DNA of 64,000 bases, taken from contig LCBT01000003.1 of NCBI GenBank assembly GCA_000997385.1, forward strand, positions 192,892 through 256,891. The letters run 5' to 3'. Made by a program: the position numbers and the translations under genes. Below are positions 10,328 to 20,663 of this stretch, piece by piece. The DNA comes from Candidatus Daviesbacteria bacterium GW2011_GWA1_41_61 (lineage in GTDB: Bacteria; Patescibacteriota; Microgenomatia; Daviesbacterales; UBA10151). How positions within the stretch are numbered: position 1 is the stretch's first letter; every line of letters begins with the position of its first letter. The notes beneath the pieces are model-generated. The model was not told the DNA's origin. It saw only the letters and a list, made by a program, of their open reading frames with translations, and did not search any database.

Positions 10328-11200
10328 TCAGTTGAAATGTAGTATGTTACTTTGTAAAAAATTTCTTTTTCTCCACAGCAGGAAAAGTATGAGTAGTCCA
10401 ACAGTAAAAGAAATTTGATAATTTAACCATAAATTTGCCGGGTCAGCGCTTTTATTAAATATTGATCCTAGAAAGTGAAATATTAAAAACAATATGGTCA
10501 CAAAATAGATATCTTTGGAATTAGCTGTTTTTTGCCTAAGTATGAACCAAAGGAAGATAATGATTACTCCCAAATAATTTTGCTGGCTGGAAATAGTAGC
10601 TAAGAGTGCAACAAAAATAACGGCAAGCTTTTCCTTTATGGAAAAACCTGCTCCTTTGCCTGATTTAGGTTGTTTTTTCCAGAAGAGTTTGATTATTACC
10701 AGCAGAATAATGGTTAATATAATACCCAGGAGCAGGGAAGCAATGTTTGTAAAGGGAAGAAACATGGCCATTCCGGCATAAAGAGCTGCTAGACAAAAAA
10801 TTATCAGGATATAGCCTTTTTTGCCTAAAAACGGCTGTTTCTCACCTGGAATAAGGTAATTAACTAATAAATATGGAAAAGTAACTGTGACAGCGCTGTG
10901 GCCTAAAGTTAAAAGAAGTGTCAAAAGAGGAGGATTTTTTATATAAAAGGTCTCCTCAAGGATGCCATAGATTAGACCAATCAGAAAAAGACCGAAAAGA
11001 GATGGTTTTTTCCGGGCAATAATATCTGCCACAATTGTCAGCTGGAGTAAATAATAAGGGATGGAAAAAACGATTGTGCCAATATCTATTTTATTTACAG
11101 GAGTAGAAACAGTCACAATTTCAGCTGAAAACCAGCCAAGCAGTCCGTACAGCCAGACCCATTTGGGAAAAATGAGAAGTTTTGATTTAAGAAAAAGCAT
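10328..11200 (-). CDS. Polytopic integral membrane protein, hypothetical
   Basis: 290-aa ORF with ~8 hydrophobic helices. No recognisable motif. Confidence 0.6.
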   Translation of the reverse strand: MLFLKSKLLIFPKWVWLYGLLGWFSAEIVTVSTPVNKIDIGTIVFSIPYYLLQLTIVADIIARKKPSLFGLFLIGLIYGILEETFYIKNPPLLTLLLTLGHSAVTVTFPYLLVNYLIPGEKQPFLGKKGYILIIFCLAALYAGMAMFLPFTNIASLLLGIILTIILLVIIKLFWKKQPKSGKGAGFSIKEKLAVIFVALLATISSQQNYLGVIIIFLWFILRQKTANSKDIYFVTILFLIFHFLGSIFNKSADPANLWLNYQISFTVGLLILFLLWRKRNFLQSNILHFN

Positions 11201-11278
11201 TTATTTACTTATATCAGTAATATTTCCTGGAGTCAAATTTTTGAACGAGCAGGGCACATCGGTAACACTTCTAAATCT

Positions 11279-11398
11279 ATGACAAAAGAAGAATTTATTG
11301 ATAAATTTATCGCACGATTAAACTTTGTTGGCAGTGCAACTGAGCAAGAAATGGCCAAAATAGCTTCAGAAGCTTACGAAAAGAGCCAGAAGTCCTAA
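11279..11398 (+). CDS. Small ORF (39 aa), hypothetical
   Basis: ATG ORF MTKEEFIDKFIARLNFVGSATEQEMAKIASEAYEKSQKS in an intergenic gap. No RBS support. Confidence 0.2.
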   Translation: MTKEEFIDKFIARLNFVGSATEQEMAKIASEAYEKSQKS

Positions 11399-11604
11399 TT
11401 GGGTCATATGAATAAGATGAACATGATAAAATCAAAAAATAGGGGTCGTTCTAAAAGAAAAGTGTTACCGATGTATCTCAGCCTACTCAGAATCGCCTGA
11501 TAAAAATAGAAATGATGAGTTATTGTGTCAACTATAGGACTTGTATCCTCTGGACTAGATGACATTAGAACATTTTTTTACAAATCAAATAGATTGCTAA
11601 CTAT

Positions 11605-12786
11605 CTAAAATTCAACGAATATACCAGGCGCTGTTAAGTATCTGTTGCTACCTTCCCCGAGTACGTGTAAAGTTGAAAAAACAACAGAAACTAAAGCAGT
11701 ATCCGTATATCCTTGAAAATATAGATGATTTAAATATGATCTTGTGATAGCAGCATAGCGTGCCTCATCATTATAAGTAACCCTCAAAAAAACAGCAGGT
11801 CCGGCCTCAGGGTCCAGGTTAAATTGTCCCAACTCATCAGTATACCCTGTAAGAGAAGGAATATTTGGAATTGTTCTTTTTGTAAGGTTTTGTTCATTAA
11901 AAGATGTAAAAGATGTCCTTTGGGGAAATGACTCAACTTTAACTCCGTTAAGTGGTGTATCCTCATCGTCTGTTATCCTGAGAATAGTTTGTTTTGGAGT
12001 AAATTGAATTTCCCAATGAGGTTCTCCAAAACCTATTGGCAATTGATCAACTCTTTCAATGTAATTTCTTGAAGTATCTGAGAAATGATGATGTTGGTAA
12101 TTATTGTGCATTACATCTCTTGCAAATGGAATAATTCCTACAGGTGCAACAAGGTTTAAATTAGCATTTACATCTTCCTCATAGTAATCAGGTATACCAA
12201 ATACATGCCCAACTTCATGAAGTAATTGATCTCCATGTACTCTTTGGCCAAAATAACCATCTTGCTCAACTGAAATCGTGAAGGGAAGCTCTGTCTGGAC
12301 TGAAGCACTCACAGGGTTTGCAGAAGTGCCTGTTAAAATACTTCCATATCTAAAATCCTTTTGATAAAGCCAAACCCTGATCTTTCCGTCATTAAATTCA
12401 CATCTATCATAAACTTGTATTGCTCCCGGCATACTGCAACCTGTTTTTTCATCATAATCTCGAATAATCTGATCAGTTCTAAATCTTTTACTCGTTCCTG
12501 ATTCAGCAAAGCGCCTATTTAAATAGTTATCAACAGCATCTTTTACCCAATCTTCAGCTTGTTGTTGGGGTAAACTGCGGTGGATTATGACATCAACAAG
12601 ATACTCATTTGATACTTCTTGACTGCTATTTTTTACTTCAGCCAAAGCACAGACAGGAAGTGCAAGTGTTTGAATCAATAAAAGGGCAGAAAATACTGGC
12701 CTTAAGTATCTTCCGGCCAGTCTTAATATGTCTTTCGCTCTATGAGTTGGATTAGTAAGTTGAGCTTCAATTGAATTTTCTATCAT
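11605..12786 (-). CDS. Secreted zinc-metalloprotease-like protein (HExxH zincin)
   Basis: Signal peptide LRPVFSALLLIQTLALPVCALAEV. Motif LHEVGHVFGIPDYYEE (HExxHxxGxxD). Start placed at MIENS because the longer ORF would overlap tRNA-Tyr. Confidence 0.6.
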   Translation of the reverse strand: MIENSIEAQLTNPTHRAKDILRLAGRYLRPVFSALLLIQTLALPVCALAEVKNSSQEVSNEYLVDVIIHRSLPQQQAEDWVKDAVDNYLNRRFAESGTSKRFRTDQIIRDYDEKTGCSMPGAIQVYDRCEFNDGKIRVWLYQKDFRYGSILTGTSANPVSASVQTELPFTISVEQDGYFGQRVHGDQLLHEVGHVFGIPDYYEEDVNANLNLVAPVGIIPFARDVMHNNYQHHHFSDTSRNYIERVDQLPIGFGEPHWEIQFTPKQTILRITDDEDTPLNGVKVESFPQRTSFTSFNEQNLTKRTIPNIPSLTGYTDELGQFNLDPEAGPAVFLRVTYNDEARYAAITRSYLNHLYFQGYTDTALVSVVFSTLHVLGEGSNRYLTAPGIFVEF

Positions 12787-12839
12787 GGGGCATATTATAG
12801 ACGATTTTGGAGCGGATGTCAAACTATAGGATAACTGTG

Positions 12840-12922
12840 TCCGGAGGGAAGGATTCGAACCTTCGAAGGGAAATCCCGTCAGATTTACAGTCTGATGCAA
12901 TTGGCCACTCTGCCACCTCCGG
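12840..12922 (-). tRNA. tRNA-Tyr (anticodon GTA), type II with a long variable arm
   Basis: Cloverleaf read by eye: acceptor CCGGAGG/CCTCCGG, anticodon stem UCAGA/UCUGA with loop CUGUAAA, T-arm GAAGGTTCGAATCCTTC. Confidence 0.85.
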
Positions 12923-12979
12923 GCAGCATATATTTTATCAAGTTGAGGGCTTGAAGTCTACCTGATATACTACCTGTGT

Positions 12980-15499
12980 ATGACTTTAAGAAGGCTTCAT
13001 GGGCATCTACTCTCAGTGGAAAGCAGGTTCTTTTCTTCTTTATCTACCCTTATTTTAACCATGGCTTTGGGGGGAATTCTCCTCACTATTTTAATTATTA
13101 TCTTTTTTGTAGTTCAAGTGCCCTCCCCCTCCGAACTTGCTAACCGGGATTTAGCTGCTGCCACTAAAATTTATGACCGAAATGGGGAGCTTTTATATGA
13201 CATTTTTAAAGATCAAAACCGCACTCCGGTTAACTTTGAAGATATTCCCGTCTATGTCCGACAAGCTACCATCGCTATTGAGGATAAAGATTTTTATAAA
13301 CACCAGGGCTTTTCCATGGTGGGTATCACCCGGGCTTTTTCTGACTCCATTTTAAGCAGGAAGATTGAAGGAGGAGGTTCTACCCTAACCCAGCAGCTGG
13401 TAAAAAATACCTTGCTTTCTAATGAACAAACTTTTACCAGAAAGATTAAGGAGTTTATCTTAGCAGTTCAAGTTGAACGGGCTTACAGCAAAGACCAAAT
13501 TTTGGAGATGTACTTAAATGAGATCCCTTATGGAGGGACAGCCTATGGTATTGAGGCCGCAGCTAATTTATATTTTGGAAAGCATGCCAAGGATTTAGAT
13601 CTGGCTGAGAGCTCGCTTTTAGCCGGACTTCCCCAAAGACCTTCTGTTTATTCCCCTTATGGCACCAGCCCGGAGAGGTCTAAAACCCGTCAGATAGAAG
13701 TTTTAAGAAGAATGCTGGAAGACGGCTATATTACCAAACAGCAAGTCGAGGAAGCTAAAAATGAAGAGCTAATTTATAGGACTTCCAAAAATGAGGTTGG
13801 TTTTAAGGCTCCCCATTTTGTGCTGTATATTAAAAAGATGCTAATTGAGCAATATGGGGAAAAGGTAGTAGAAGAAGGTGGACTTAGGGTTACCACCTCT
13901 TTAGATTATAAATTGCAGGAAAAGGTTCAAGAGATTGTTAAAGCTGAGGTCAAAAAAATTGAAAAATATAATGCTACCAACGGAGCAGCAGTGGTCTTAG
14001 ACCCCCAAACCGGCCATATTTTGGCTATGGTCGGTTCAAAGGATTATTTTGCTCAGGATTATGACGGTAATTACAACGCTGTTTTGGCTCTGCGTCAACC
14101 AGGGTCAGCCACCAAACCGATCACCTATGCTGCCTCCATGCAAAAAGGTTATACGGCGTCTTCGGTACTAATGGATGTTAAAACTGAGTTTCCCGGGGGG
14201 GAGGGTTTACCTACTTATATACCTATTAACTATGATGGGCAGTGGCATGGTCCGACCCAGGTCCGTTATGCTTTAGGTAACTCTTATAATATTCCGGCTG
14301 TGAAGGTGTTGGCTTTGGTAGGGGTGAAAAATGTGATGGATTTGGGTTACCGGATGGGTCTTTCTACCTGGGAGCCAACTGAGGAAAATGTTAACAATGT
14401 AGGGCTGTCTTTAACTTTGGGAGGACGGGAGGTGAGGCTTTTAGATCTTACTTCTGCTTTTGGAGTTTTAGCTGGCGGCGGTGTTAAACATGATCCAACC
14501 CCTATTTTAAAAGTTACTGATACCTCTGGCAAAACACTTTATGAGTATCAAAATTCTGAAGGGATTAAAATCTTAGAGGAAGGAATTGCTTTTATTATCT
14601 CCAATATTTTATCTGATAACGGAGCCCGCTCAGCTGCTTTTGGTTCTAATTCCATCCTTAATGTCCCGGGTAAAACTGTGGCTGTTAAAACCGGAACTAC
14701 TGATGAAAAAAGGGATAACTGGACAGTTGGTTTTACTCCTTCGGTAGTTGTTGGCGTGTGGGTGGGTAATAACGATAATTCCAAAATGAACCCCACTATT
14801 GCTTCCGGAGTGACTGGAGCTTCCCCTATCTGGCAAAAGATTATGATTGAAGCCCTAAAGGAGAAAGGGGATGAAAAGCCCAAAACACCTGATGAGGTGT
14901 CTTATGCGGATATTGATGGTTTGATGGGAGGGCAACCCAAAGACGGCTCCCCTACCAGAAAGGAATTTTTTATTAAAGGGACTGAGCCTACATCTGCCTC
15001 TTTAGCTTATCAAAGACAGAAGGTTTGTAAAAGTAATCCCCACCGGTTAGCCAATGACGGTGAAGATTTAGAAGAAAGAGATGTTATCTTACTTCAGGAA
15101 AATGATCCCACTGGAGCAGACAAATGGCAGGTAGGGATTGATACCTGGGTGTTAACGGCAGCAGACGGCAGGTTTGTAGGGGCAGGCAGAGGTTGTTCCG
15201 GTATTCCCGGATTTTCCGGAGGAGGCGGTGGAGGGGCAATCTCTATTGTTAATGTTAGTAATGGGGCTAATGTTCCCCGGATTTTTGATGTCTTAGCTCA
15301 AACCAACTCACCTAATGGAGTTAAAAAGGTTACTTGGATAGTGGACGGAGCGGTTAAGTCCACCCAGACTTCAGAACCATTTGCTGTTCATATAGAGTTT
15401 CCGGAAGGAGACAGAGGTTCCCATACCATTACCACTACTTTAGAAGATAACAACGGTCAACAATTCTCTACCGCTATCGGTGTCACAGTAGCTTTATAG
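12980..15499 (+). CDS. Class A penicillin-binding protein (GT51 transglycosylase + transpeptidase) with a Gly-rich C-terminal extra domain. Alternative start at 13061
   Basis: GT51 motifs RQATIAIEDKDFYKHQGF and GGSTLTQQLVKN. Transpeptidase SATKP, plus SYN and KTGTT motifs. C-terminus has GGGGGGAISIV. Confidence 0.9.
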   Translation: MTLRRLHGHLLSVESRFFSSLSTLILTMALGGILLTILIIIFFVVQVPSPSELANRDLAAATKIYDRNGELLYDIFKDQNRTPVNFEDIPVYVRQATIAIEDKDFYKHQGFSMVGITRAFSDSILSRKIEGGGSTLTQQLVKNTLLSNEQTFTRKIKEFILAVQVERAYSKDQILEMYLNEIPYGGTAYGIEAAANLYFGKHAKDLDLAESSLLAGLPQRPSVYSPYGTSPERSKTRQIEVLRRMLEDGYITKQQVEEAKNEELIYRTSKNEVGFKAPHFVLYIKKMLIEQYGEKVVEEGGLRVTTSLDYKLQEKVQEIVKAEVKKIEKYNATNGAAVVLDPQTGHILAMVGSKDYFAQDYDGNYNAVLALRQPGSATKPITYAASMQKGYTASSVLMDVKTEFPGGEGLPTYIPINYDGQWHGPTQVRYALGNSYNIPAVKVLALVGVKNVMDLGYRMGLSTWEPTEENVNNVGLSLTLGGREVRLLDLTSAFGVLAGGGVKHDPTPILKVTDTSGKTLYEYQNSEGIKILEEGIAFIISNILSDNGARSAAFGSNSILNVPGKTVAVKTGTTDEKRDNWTVGFTPSVVVGVWVGNNDNSKMNPTIASGVTGASPIWQKIMIEALKEKGDEKPKTPDEVSYADIDGLMGGQPKDGSPTRKEFFIKGTEPTSASLAYQRQKVCKSNPHRLANDGEDLEERDVILLQENDPTGADKWQVGIDTWVLTAADGRFVGAGRGCSGIPGFSGGGGGGAISIVNVSNGANVPRIFDVLAQTNSPNGVKKVTWIVDGAVKSTQTSEPFAVHIEFPEGDRGSHTITTTLEDNNGQQFSTAIGVTVAL

Positions 15500-17185
15500 T
15501 TGTTCTAAAGCTATTTCCAGCATAGCTACTCTTTTTTCTACTCCAAACCTGTTAATAATTCTGGGGTGAATTTCTCCAAGTCTTCCTACATCTTGGCCAT
15601 TGACCATAAGTTTGATAAACCTGGTGGGATGGAAAACAACCTTTTCCCGCGCGTCTTGTTCTCCTTCTTCTACAGTTACTTTGAGACCTAAATCAGCACT
15701 TACCTTTTGCCAGATGCTAAAAAGTTTCCGTAAAGGATTAGTGGTCTCATCAACTAAGGTAATAGATAAAACATACTTTTCCGAAGGACCGCTTTCCATA
15801 GGAAGATAAACCTTTCCTACCTCAAAGACCCCCACTTCCTTAAAGGCTTTTAAGTTCTCAGCAACCTTTTCTACTAAGTTTGGAGCAATCCTGACTCTTA
15901 AATATTCTGTTTCTGCTGACATGGGGTTTGCTACCTTGAGGAGTCTTTCCTTGGGAACCTCAAAGTTTTTTAATACTTGGGTAGAAAAGAAAGAATAGGT
16001 TTGGATCTCATCAAGTCCTGTATCTACTAAGGTTTGCTTAAGTTTAGAGATAAACTCAAAAAGGCCCTGGTCTATTTTTTGGGGAAGTTCACCTGTTAAC
16101 TTTTTGGGAGGAATGTTTTCGTAGCCATACATTCTGGCTGCCTCTTCTATGACATCAGCCTCAATTTCCACATCCTGTCTCCAATAAGGAGGGGTAACTT
16201 TCCAGCTTTCCCCAACTTTTTCAACCTGGAAGTGAAGTTTTTCTAAAGAAGACTGCACAAAATCTGGCTTGATATCAACTCCAATCAAGGAGTTTAATTT
16301 TTGGTGAGAAACTTCAATTTCCTTTGCTTGTTCCTGGGAGTGATCAATGATGGTGATAGCAGTTAGCTTCCCACCTAAATTCTTATACATTTTAATGGCT
16401 GCTTCTACTGCCTGAAGAAGCCTTACTTTAGTTAAACCATGTTGGAATCTTTTACTGGCCTCAGAGGGCAGATTAAACCTGCCGGCAGTCCTTCTGATGG
16501 TAGTGGGATTAAAAATAGCTGCCTCCAGTAAAATGGTGGTTGTGTTATCGGAAATTTCGGAATCTTTTCCTCCCATTACCCCAGCCAGCCCCACAGACTT
16601 TTGGGGGTCAGCAATAACCATATCGGTAGGCTCAAGAATCCGTTTTTTGTTGTCCAAAGTAATTAACTCTTCCCCGGTGTCAGCCATCCTGACAATTAAA
16701 GTTTGGTCTTTTACCCTCTCAGCGTCAAAGGCATGGGTGGGTTGACCATATTCCAGCATTACTAAATTAGTCACATCAGCCACATTGTTAACAGATCTCA
16801 TGCCGGAGTCTGCTAATTTTTTAACCCAATTTGGAGAGGAGTGTCCGACCTTTAGTCCTTCGATTTTGGCAATACAATAGAGAGGACAATTCTCTTCAGT
16901 TTCTACTTTAACCGGAGTTTCCGGCAGCTTCTGTTTGACCCAGGAAAATTCTGAATCTTGAGGTTCCTTAAAAGTTACCTCAGAATCGGTAATAGCTGCT
17001 ACCTCATAAGCCACACCCCGCAGTGACAGCAGATCTGCCCGGTTATAGCCCTTCATGTCCAGCTCAAAAAAGTTTTCTGTAACCTCTTTAACCCCGATGG
17101 TTTTAAGGTCCACTGAGCTGATCGTTTTTTCTATGGAGGTGTTAAGTTTAACCAATTCCCGAAGCCAACCAATAGAAACTTTCAT
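15494..17185 (-). CDS. pheT: Phenylalanine--tRNA ligase beta subunit, short form (563 aa)
   Basis: N-terminus MKVSIGWLRELVKL and the B5/core domains. Directly downstream of pheS with a 4-nt overlap. Confidence 0.85.
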   Translation of the reverse strand: MKVSIGWLRELVKLNTSIEKTISSVDLKTIGVKEVTENFFELDMKGYNRADLLSLRGVAYEVAAITDSEVTFKEPQDSEFSWVKQKLPETPVKVETEENCPLYCIAKIEGLKVGHSSPNWVKKLADSGMRSVNNVADVTNLVMLEYGQPTHAFDAERVKDQTLIVRMADTGEELITLDNKKRILEPTDMVIADPQKSVGLAGVMGGKDSEISDNTTTILLEAAIFNPTTIRRTAGRFNLPSEASKRFQHGLTKVRLLQAVEAAIKMYKNLGGKLTAITIIDHSQEQAKEIEVSHQKLNSLIGVDIKPDFVQSSLEKLHFQVEKVGESWKVTPPYWRQDVEIEADVIEEAARMYGYENIPPKKLTGELPQKIDQGLFEFISKLKQTLVDTGLDEIQTYSFFSTQVLKNFEVPKERLLKVANPMSAETEYLRVRIAPNLVEKVAENLKAFKEVGVFEVGKVYLPMESGPSEKYVLSITLVDETTNPLRKLFSIWQKVSADLGLKVTVEEGEQDAREKVVFHPTRFIKLMVNGQDVGRLGEIHPRIINRFGVEKRVAMLEIALEQL

Positions 17186-18237
17186 TTACTTTCGCCCTCA
17201 TATTTTAAAAGTTCCTTCAAGTTACCGCTTAAAAAGGTACGGATATCATTAATGCCGTATTTAAGCATCAACATCCTAAATGGTCCGAAGCCCCAGGCGA
17301 TACCGGAATAAATTTTGGGATCAATACCACCGTTTTTTAAAACCGTGGGGTGAATCATCCCTGCCCCGGCAAGCTCCAGCCAGCCTACTCCCCCACAAAC
17401 TTTACAACCCTTACCTTTACAGAAGATGCAAAGTCCGTCTACTCCTGCTCCCGGTTCTACAAAAGGATAATAGCCTGGGGTCATTCTAACCTTCATCTCT
17501 TCTCCGAAAATACCCTTCAAGAGATGTTCAGAGAGATATTGAAGGTTGGCCATGCTTAAACCTTTATCTACATAAACAATTTCAAACTGTTCAAAGGTGT
17601 GTTCGTGTCTGGCATCCAAGTTTTCATATCTAAAACATCTGCCTAAAACCATCATTCTAAAAGGAGGCTGATGTTCCCTCATAATTCTCACCTGGGAATT
17701 AGAGGTATGAGTTCGAAGCAGAAGCTTGCCCGGTTCAATGCCAAACCTTTCACTGTCTAAATAAAGGGTATCCCAAAGATCCCTGGCTGGGTGATCCTCA
17801 GGAATATTTAAAAGGCTGAAATTAAAGTCATCACTGTCAATTTGAGGAGCATCATATCTTTGAAAGCCCAATTTTTGGAACAAGCCAACGGTTTCTTCTT
17901 CAAAAGTGGTGATAACATGAAGGTGGCCTTTTTCCCTGGGTAACTCTACAGGGGTAAGATCCAACTTTTCCTCAGACAGCTTTTGATATCCTTCTTCTTT
18001 GATCTCTTCCCTTCTTTTGGTAACAGCTTCTTCCAGCTCTGCTTTAACCTTGGCTAGCAAAGGAGCAACAACTTTTAACTCTTCCTTGGATAATTTAGGA
18101 AATTCCTTAGTAGCTAAAGTTATTTCCCCATTTTTGCCAAAAAGAGCCAAAAAAATTTCATCCAGAGATTTTAAATCTTTAGTTTGCTGGATTTTATGAA
18201 GATAATCTTGATAAATTATTTTTAGCCTGTTTTCCAT
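17182..18237 (-). CDS. pheS: Phenylalanine--tRNA ligase alpha subunit
   Basis: Class II motifs FRMMVLGRCFRYENLDARHEHTFEQFE and GAGMIHPTVL. Confidence 0.9.
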   Translation of the reverse strand: MENRLKIIYQDYLHKIQQTKDLKSLDEIFLALFGKNGEITLATKEFPKLSKEELKVVAPLLAKVKAELEEAVTKRREEIKEEGYQKLSEEKLDLTPVELPREKGHLHVITTFEEETVGLFQKLGFQRYDAPQIDSDDFNFSLLNIPEDHPARDLWDTLYLDSERFGIEPGKLLLRTHTSNSQVRIMREHQPPFRMMVLGRCFRYENLDARHEHTFEQFEIVYVDKGLSMANLQYLSEHLLKGIFGEEMKVRMTPGYYPFVEPGAGVDGLCIFCKGKGCKVCGGVGWLELAGAGMIHPTVLKNGGIDPKIYSGIAWGFGPFRMLMLKYGINDIRTFLSGNLKELLKYEGESK

Positions 18238-18278
18238 CTTGCCTAGATTTTAGCATATCTGAAGGGTTGGGAGTATAT

Positions 18279-18659
18279 TTAGTATCCTGCGTCATCAAAG
18301 ATGTAATTGATCAGTATCGAGGCATAAGGGTCAAAATATAGACTGTCTTCTACTCTTATTGTTCTCTCACTATCATATAATATTTCATTTCCCAGATTTT
18401 TGGCGATTCTCGCCAAAAATTCTTGAAAGGATCTGTTTTGCGGGCTATCAGGCAATTGTAAAATCTCTTCTTGTCGAGCAATGATATGTCTTAATGTGTC
18501 CCCCAGGTAAACCTTCCAGGGTTCAATATTGAGTAGGAGTTTGATGTTGGGTTCTTTTTTACCACCTTCCCTATTAGGGACACTCTTTATATCTTCATTA
18601 TCAACAGGACGGTAAGTAGTATTAAGATTATTTACTTCAAATTGCTGATATTCGCACAT
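18279..18659 (-). CDS. Hypothetical protein
   Basis: 126-aa ORF in a co-directional gene string. No motif recognised. Confidence 0.5.
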   Translation of the reverse strand: MCEYQQFEVNNLNTTYRPVDNEDIKSVPNREGGKKEPNIKLLLNIEPWKVYLGDTLRHIIARQEEILQLPDSPQNRSFQEFLARIAKNLGNEILYDSERTIRVEDSLYFDPYASILINYIFDDAGY

Positions 18660-18707
18660 GATGATATTATAGGGTATTGGAGAAGGAAAGTAAAATTTTA
18701 AGTTGAG

Positions 18708-19187
18708 CTAATTTTTGCCTGGGGTAAACTTCTTTATGAGCTTAGCAACATAAACGATCTCTCTGACTTCCCCATCCTCCCCTTCTATCTCATTTACCCC
18801 GGACATCCTTTGATATTCCTTCAGATAATCAGATAAGGCATCCTCCATTTCGTTTATCTCTACCTTCATGCTTTTTACTTTTTCTGCCAGTTCTGCTACC
18901 TGAGGTTGTTTCATAATCTGGGCACGGGTTGCAGCTTTGATCTTGGAAGCCTCCTTGGCCCTCTCAGTATGCTCCTTGTAAGTTTGATCATTGGCTAAGA
19001 TATCATCCAACATCCCTTTGTGTTTGGTAACTTCTTCTTTTAACCTGTCTACTCCTGAAATATGGGATTTAATTAGTTGTTCCAGATTAATTAAAACAGA
19101 AGCCTGACTTTGGTCTTTACCATCACCGGCAGTTTTATTGTCTTTGACTTCTTCTGTTGTTAAGTCATCTGTTTGTGGGTTATCCAT
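18708..19187 (-). CDS. Hypothetical coiled-coil protein
   Basis: 159 aa with a charged, heptad-like central region. Confidence 0.5.
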   Translation of the reverse strand: MDNPQTDDLTTEEVKDNKTAGDGKDQSQASVLINLEQLIKSHISGVDRLKEEVTKHKGMLDDILANDQTYKEHTERAKEASKIKAATRAQIMKQPQVAELAEKVKSMKVEINEMEDALSDYLKEYQRMSGVNEIEGEDGEVREIVYVAKLIKKFTPGKN

Positions 19188-19292
19188 GACTATTTACTAT
19201 ATAAAAAATTGTTTATAAAAAGCAAGAGGTTTTTTTCTTTTCTTGACATCTTCTTTGAGAAAAGGCAAACTAAATATTAAGGGGGTGAGAAA

Positions 19293-19490
19293 ATGGACAA
19301 GAAAGTTAACAATTATTTAAAAAATCATGCTGTTTATAATTCAACCATTCATTTGATTACTGGAGCAGGTTTGGGGGTACTGGCTACTTATCCTTTGTTT
19401 GATGGGCACACCTTAAGATGGGGTTTGGGACTTTTGGCTTTAGGCTTTCTGGGGTATCTTTATCCTTTATCTTTAAAGGGGAAAAAGTAG
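19293..19490 (+). CDS. Small membrane protein (65 aa)
   Basis: Strong SD aagggggtgagaaaATG. Two hydrophobic helices. Confidence 0.4.
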   Translation: MDKKVNNYLKNHAVYNSTIHLITGAGLGVLATYPLFDGHTLRWGLGLLALGFLGYLYPLSLKGKK

Positions 19491-19494
19491 GCTT

Positions 19495-19941
19495 TTACTT
19501 GATTATCTTCATTTGGTTAATGTCGTCTACTACCAACCAGGCTGACATAGCTCCAAATCCCTGCTTAGAAATCTTAAAAGGAAGAATAGTTTGAACGTCT
19601 TTTAAAAAGATTAATAAGCAGTAGTTTTTATTTTTAAATTTTTTGTAGTAAAAATTAAAGTCTTGTTGGATATCTAACCCGTCGTCTTTTCCAAACTTAA
19701 GAAGAATTTCTTTAACTTTTTGTGGGGTTAAGTGATCAAAACGCAGTATTTTGCCTGCCTTAGCTTTAACTGTAACCGGTTGACCGCTATCTTTAAAATA
19801 GATGATGTCTCCACTGTCAATCTTTTTCCAAGGTTGGTATTGGTTTTGATACCATCTGGATTCAATAGTCTTTTCTCCGCTGACTATTTTTGGCAGTAAA
19901 CCCCAGGAACTTCTCATGATTGCCAAGTGAGTTTTACTCAT
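19495..19941 (-). CDS. ASCH-domain protein
   Basis: LAIMRSSWGLLPKIVSGEKTIESRWYQ resembles the ASCH beta-barrel N-terminus. Confidence 0.6.
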   Translation of the reverse strand: MSKTHLAIMRSSWGLLPKIVSGEKTIESRWYQNQYQPWKKIDSGDIIYFKDSGQPVTVKAKAGKILRFDHLTPQKVKEILLKFGKDDGLDIQQDFNFYYKKFKNKNYCLLIFLKDVQTILPFKISKQGFGAMSAWLVVDDINQMKIIK

Positions 19942-20536
19942 GACCGACTTTCCTTAGTAATACCTTAGCTTTTTGATAAAAATCCTCAATACTTCCTTCT
20001 CTCCACCAACCTTTAACTGTGGTAGGAGGGATTAGATCCGGTCTGGTAGTAGGAATTCTCCCCGGGCTAAACCTCCAACCCAGAGGCCACTCCTCTTTAT
20101 TCGTACCGGTTTTTCCTTCACGAACCTGTAAAGGAATTGCTTCTTTAAAAGGTAAGCCTAGAACATACTCCAAAGCTTCATTTAAAGCCACATGATGGAA
20201 CTGGTTAGCTACTCCTGGCTTACCGTAAAGGGCCTGAAGGTCGAAAGCTTCCTTTCTCCCTATTAAATCCTTATCATAAGTATAGGCAAAGTTTTGGCTG
20301 ATCCATCTTGCCCAAGTAGGCTGTTTTTGAAAAAAATGAGTATAGCCTGGAACATAAATTCTCCAAAAAACCCGGGGATAATCCCAGATCTCACCTGAAG
20401 CTGTCATCCAAAGAAGCTGCCACCTATTTGCCCCAAAACGTTTATTCCAGTGTTCTTCCTGAGCGTCTTTGTGTTTTCCCAGATATCCGGGATAACCTGC
20501 TACATCCCATTTTTGCCCATCAATAATAATTTCCAT
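19934..20536 (-). CDS. Hypothetical protein (200 aa, Trp-rich)
   Basis: ORF overlapping the ASCH gene by 8 nt, which suggests an operon. No family recognised. Confidence 0.55.
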   Translation of the reverse strand: MEIIIDGQKWDVAGYPGYLGKHKDAQEEHWNKRFGANRWQLLWMTASGEIWDYPRVFWRIYVPGYTHFFQKQPTWARWISQNFAYTYDKDLIGRKEAFDLQALYGKPGVANQFHHVALNEALEYVLGLPFKEAIPLQVREGKTGTNKEEWPLGWRFSPGRIPTTRPDLIPPTTVKGWWREGSIEDFYQKAKVLLRKVGHE

Positions 20537-20663
20537 ATAATGGTTTTACCAAATTAAACTAGATATTGATATAACAGAATAGAGACAGAGGATTACTTTT
20601 AGCCTCTTGACTGGAGGTGATAAGCTGAGGTATTACTGTAATAAATAATGTCAACATATAGAT

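Noticed and set aside
12787-12900. N-terminal 38 codons of the long ORF 11605-12900
   Set aside because: Would overlap the tRNA-Tyr gene (12840-12922). An internal ATG with a signal peptide right after gives a sensible start.
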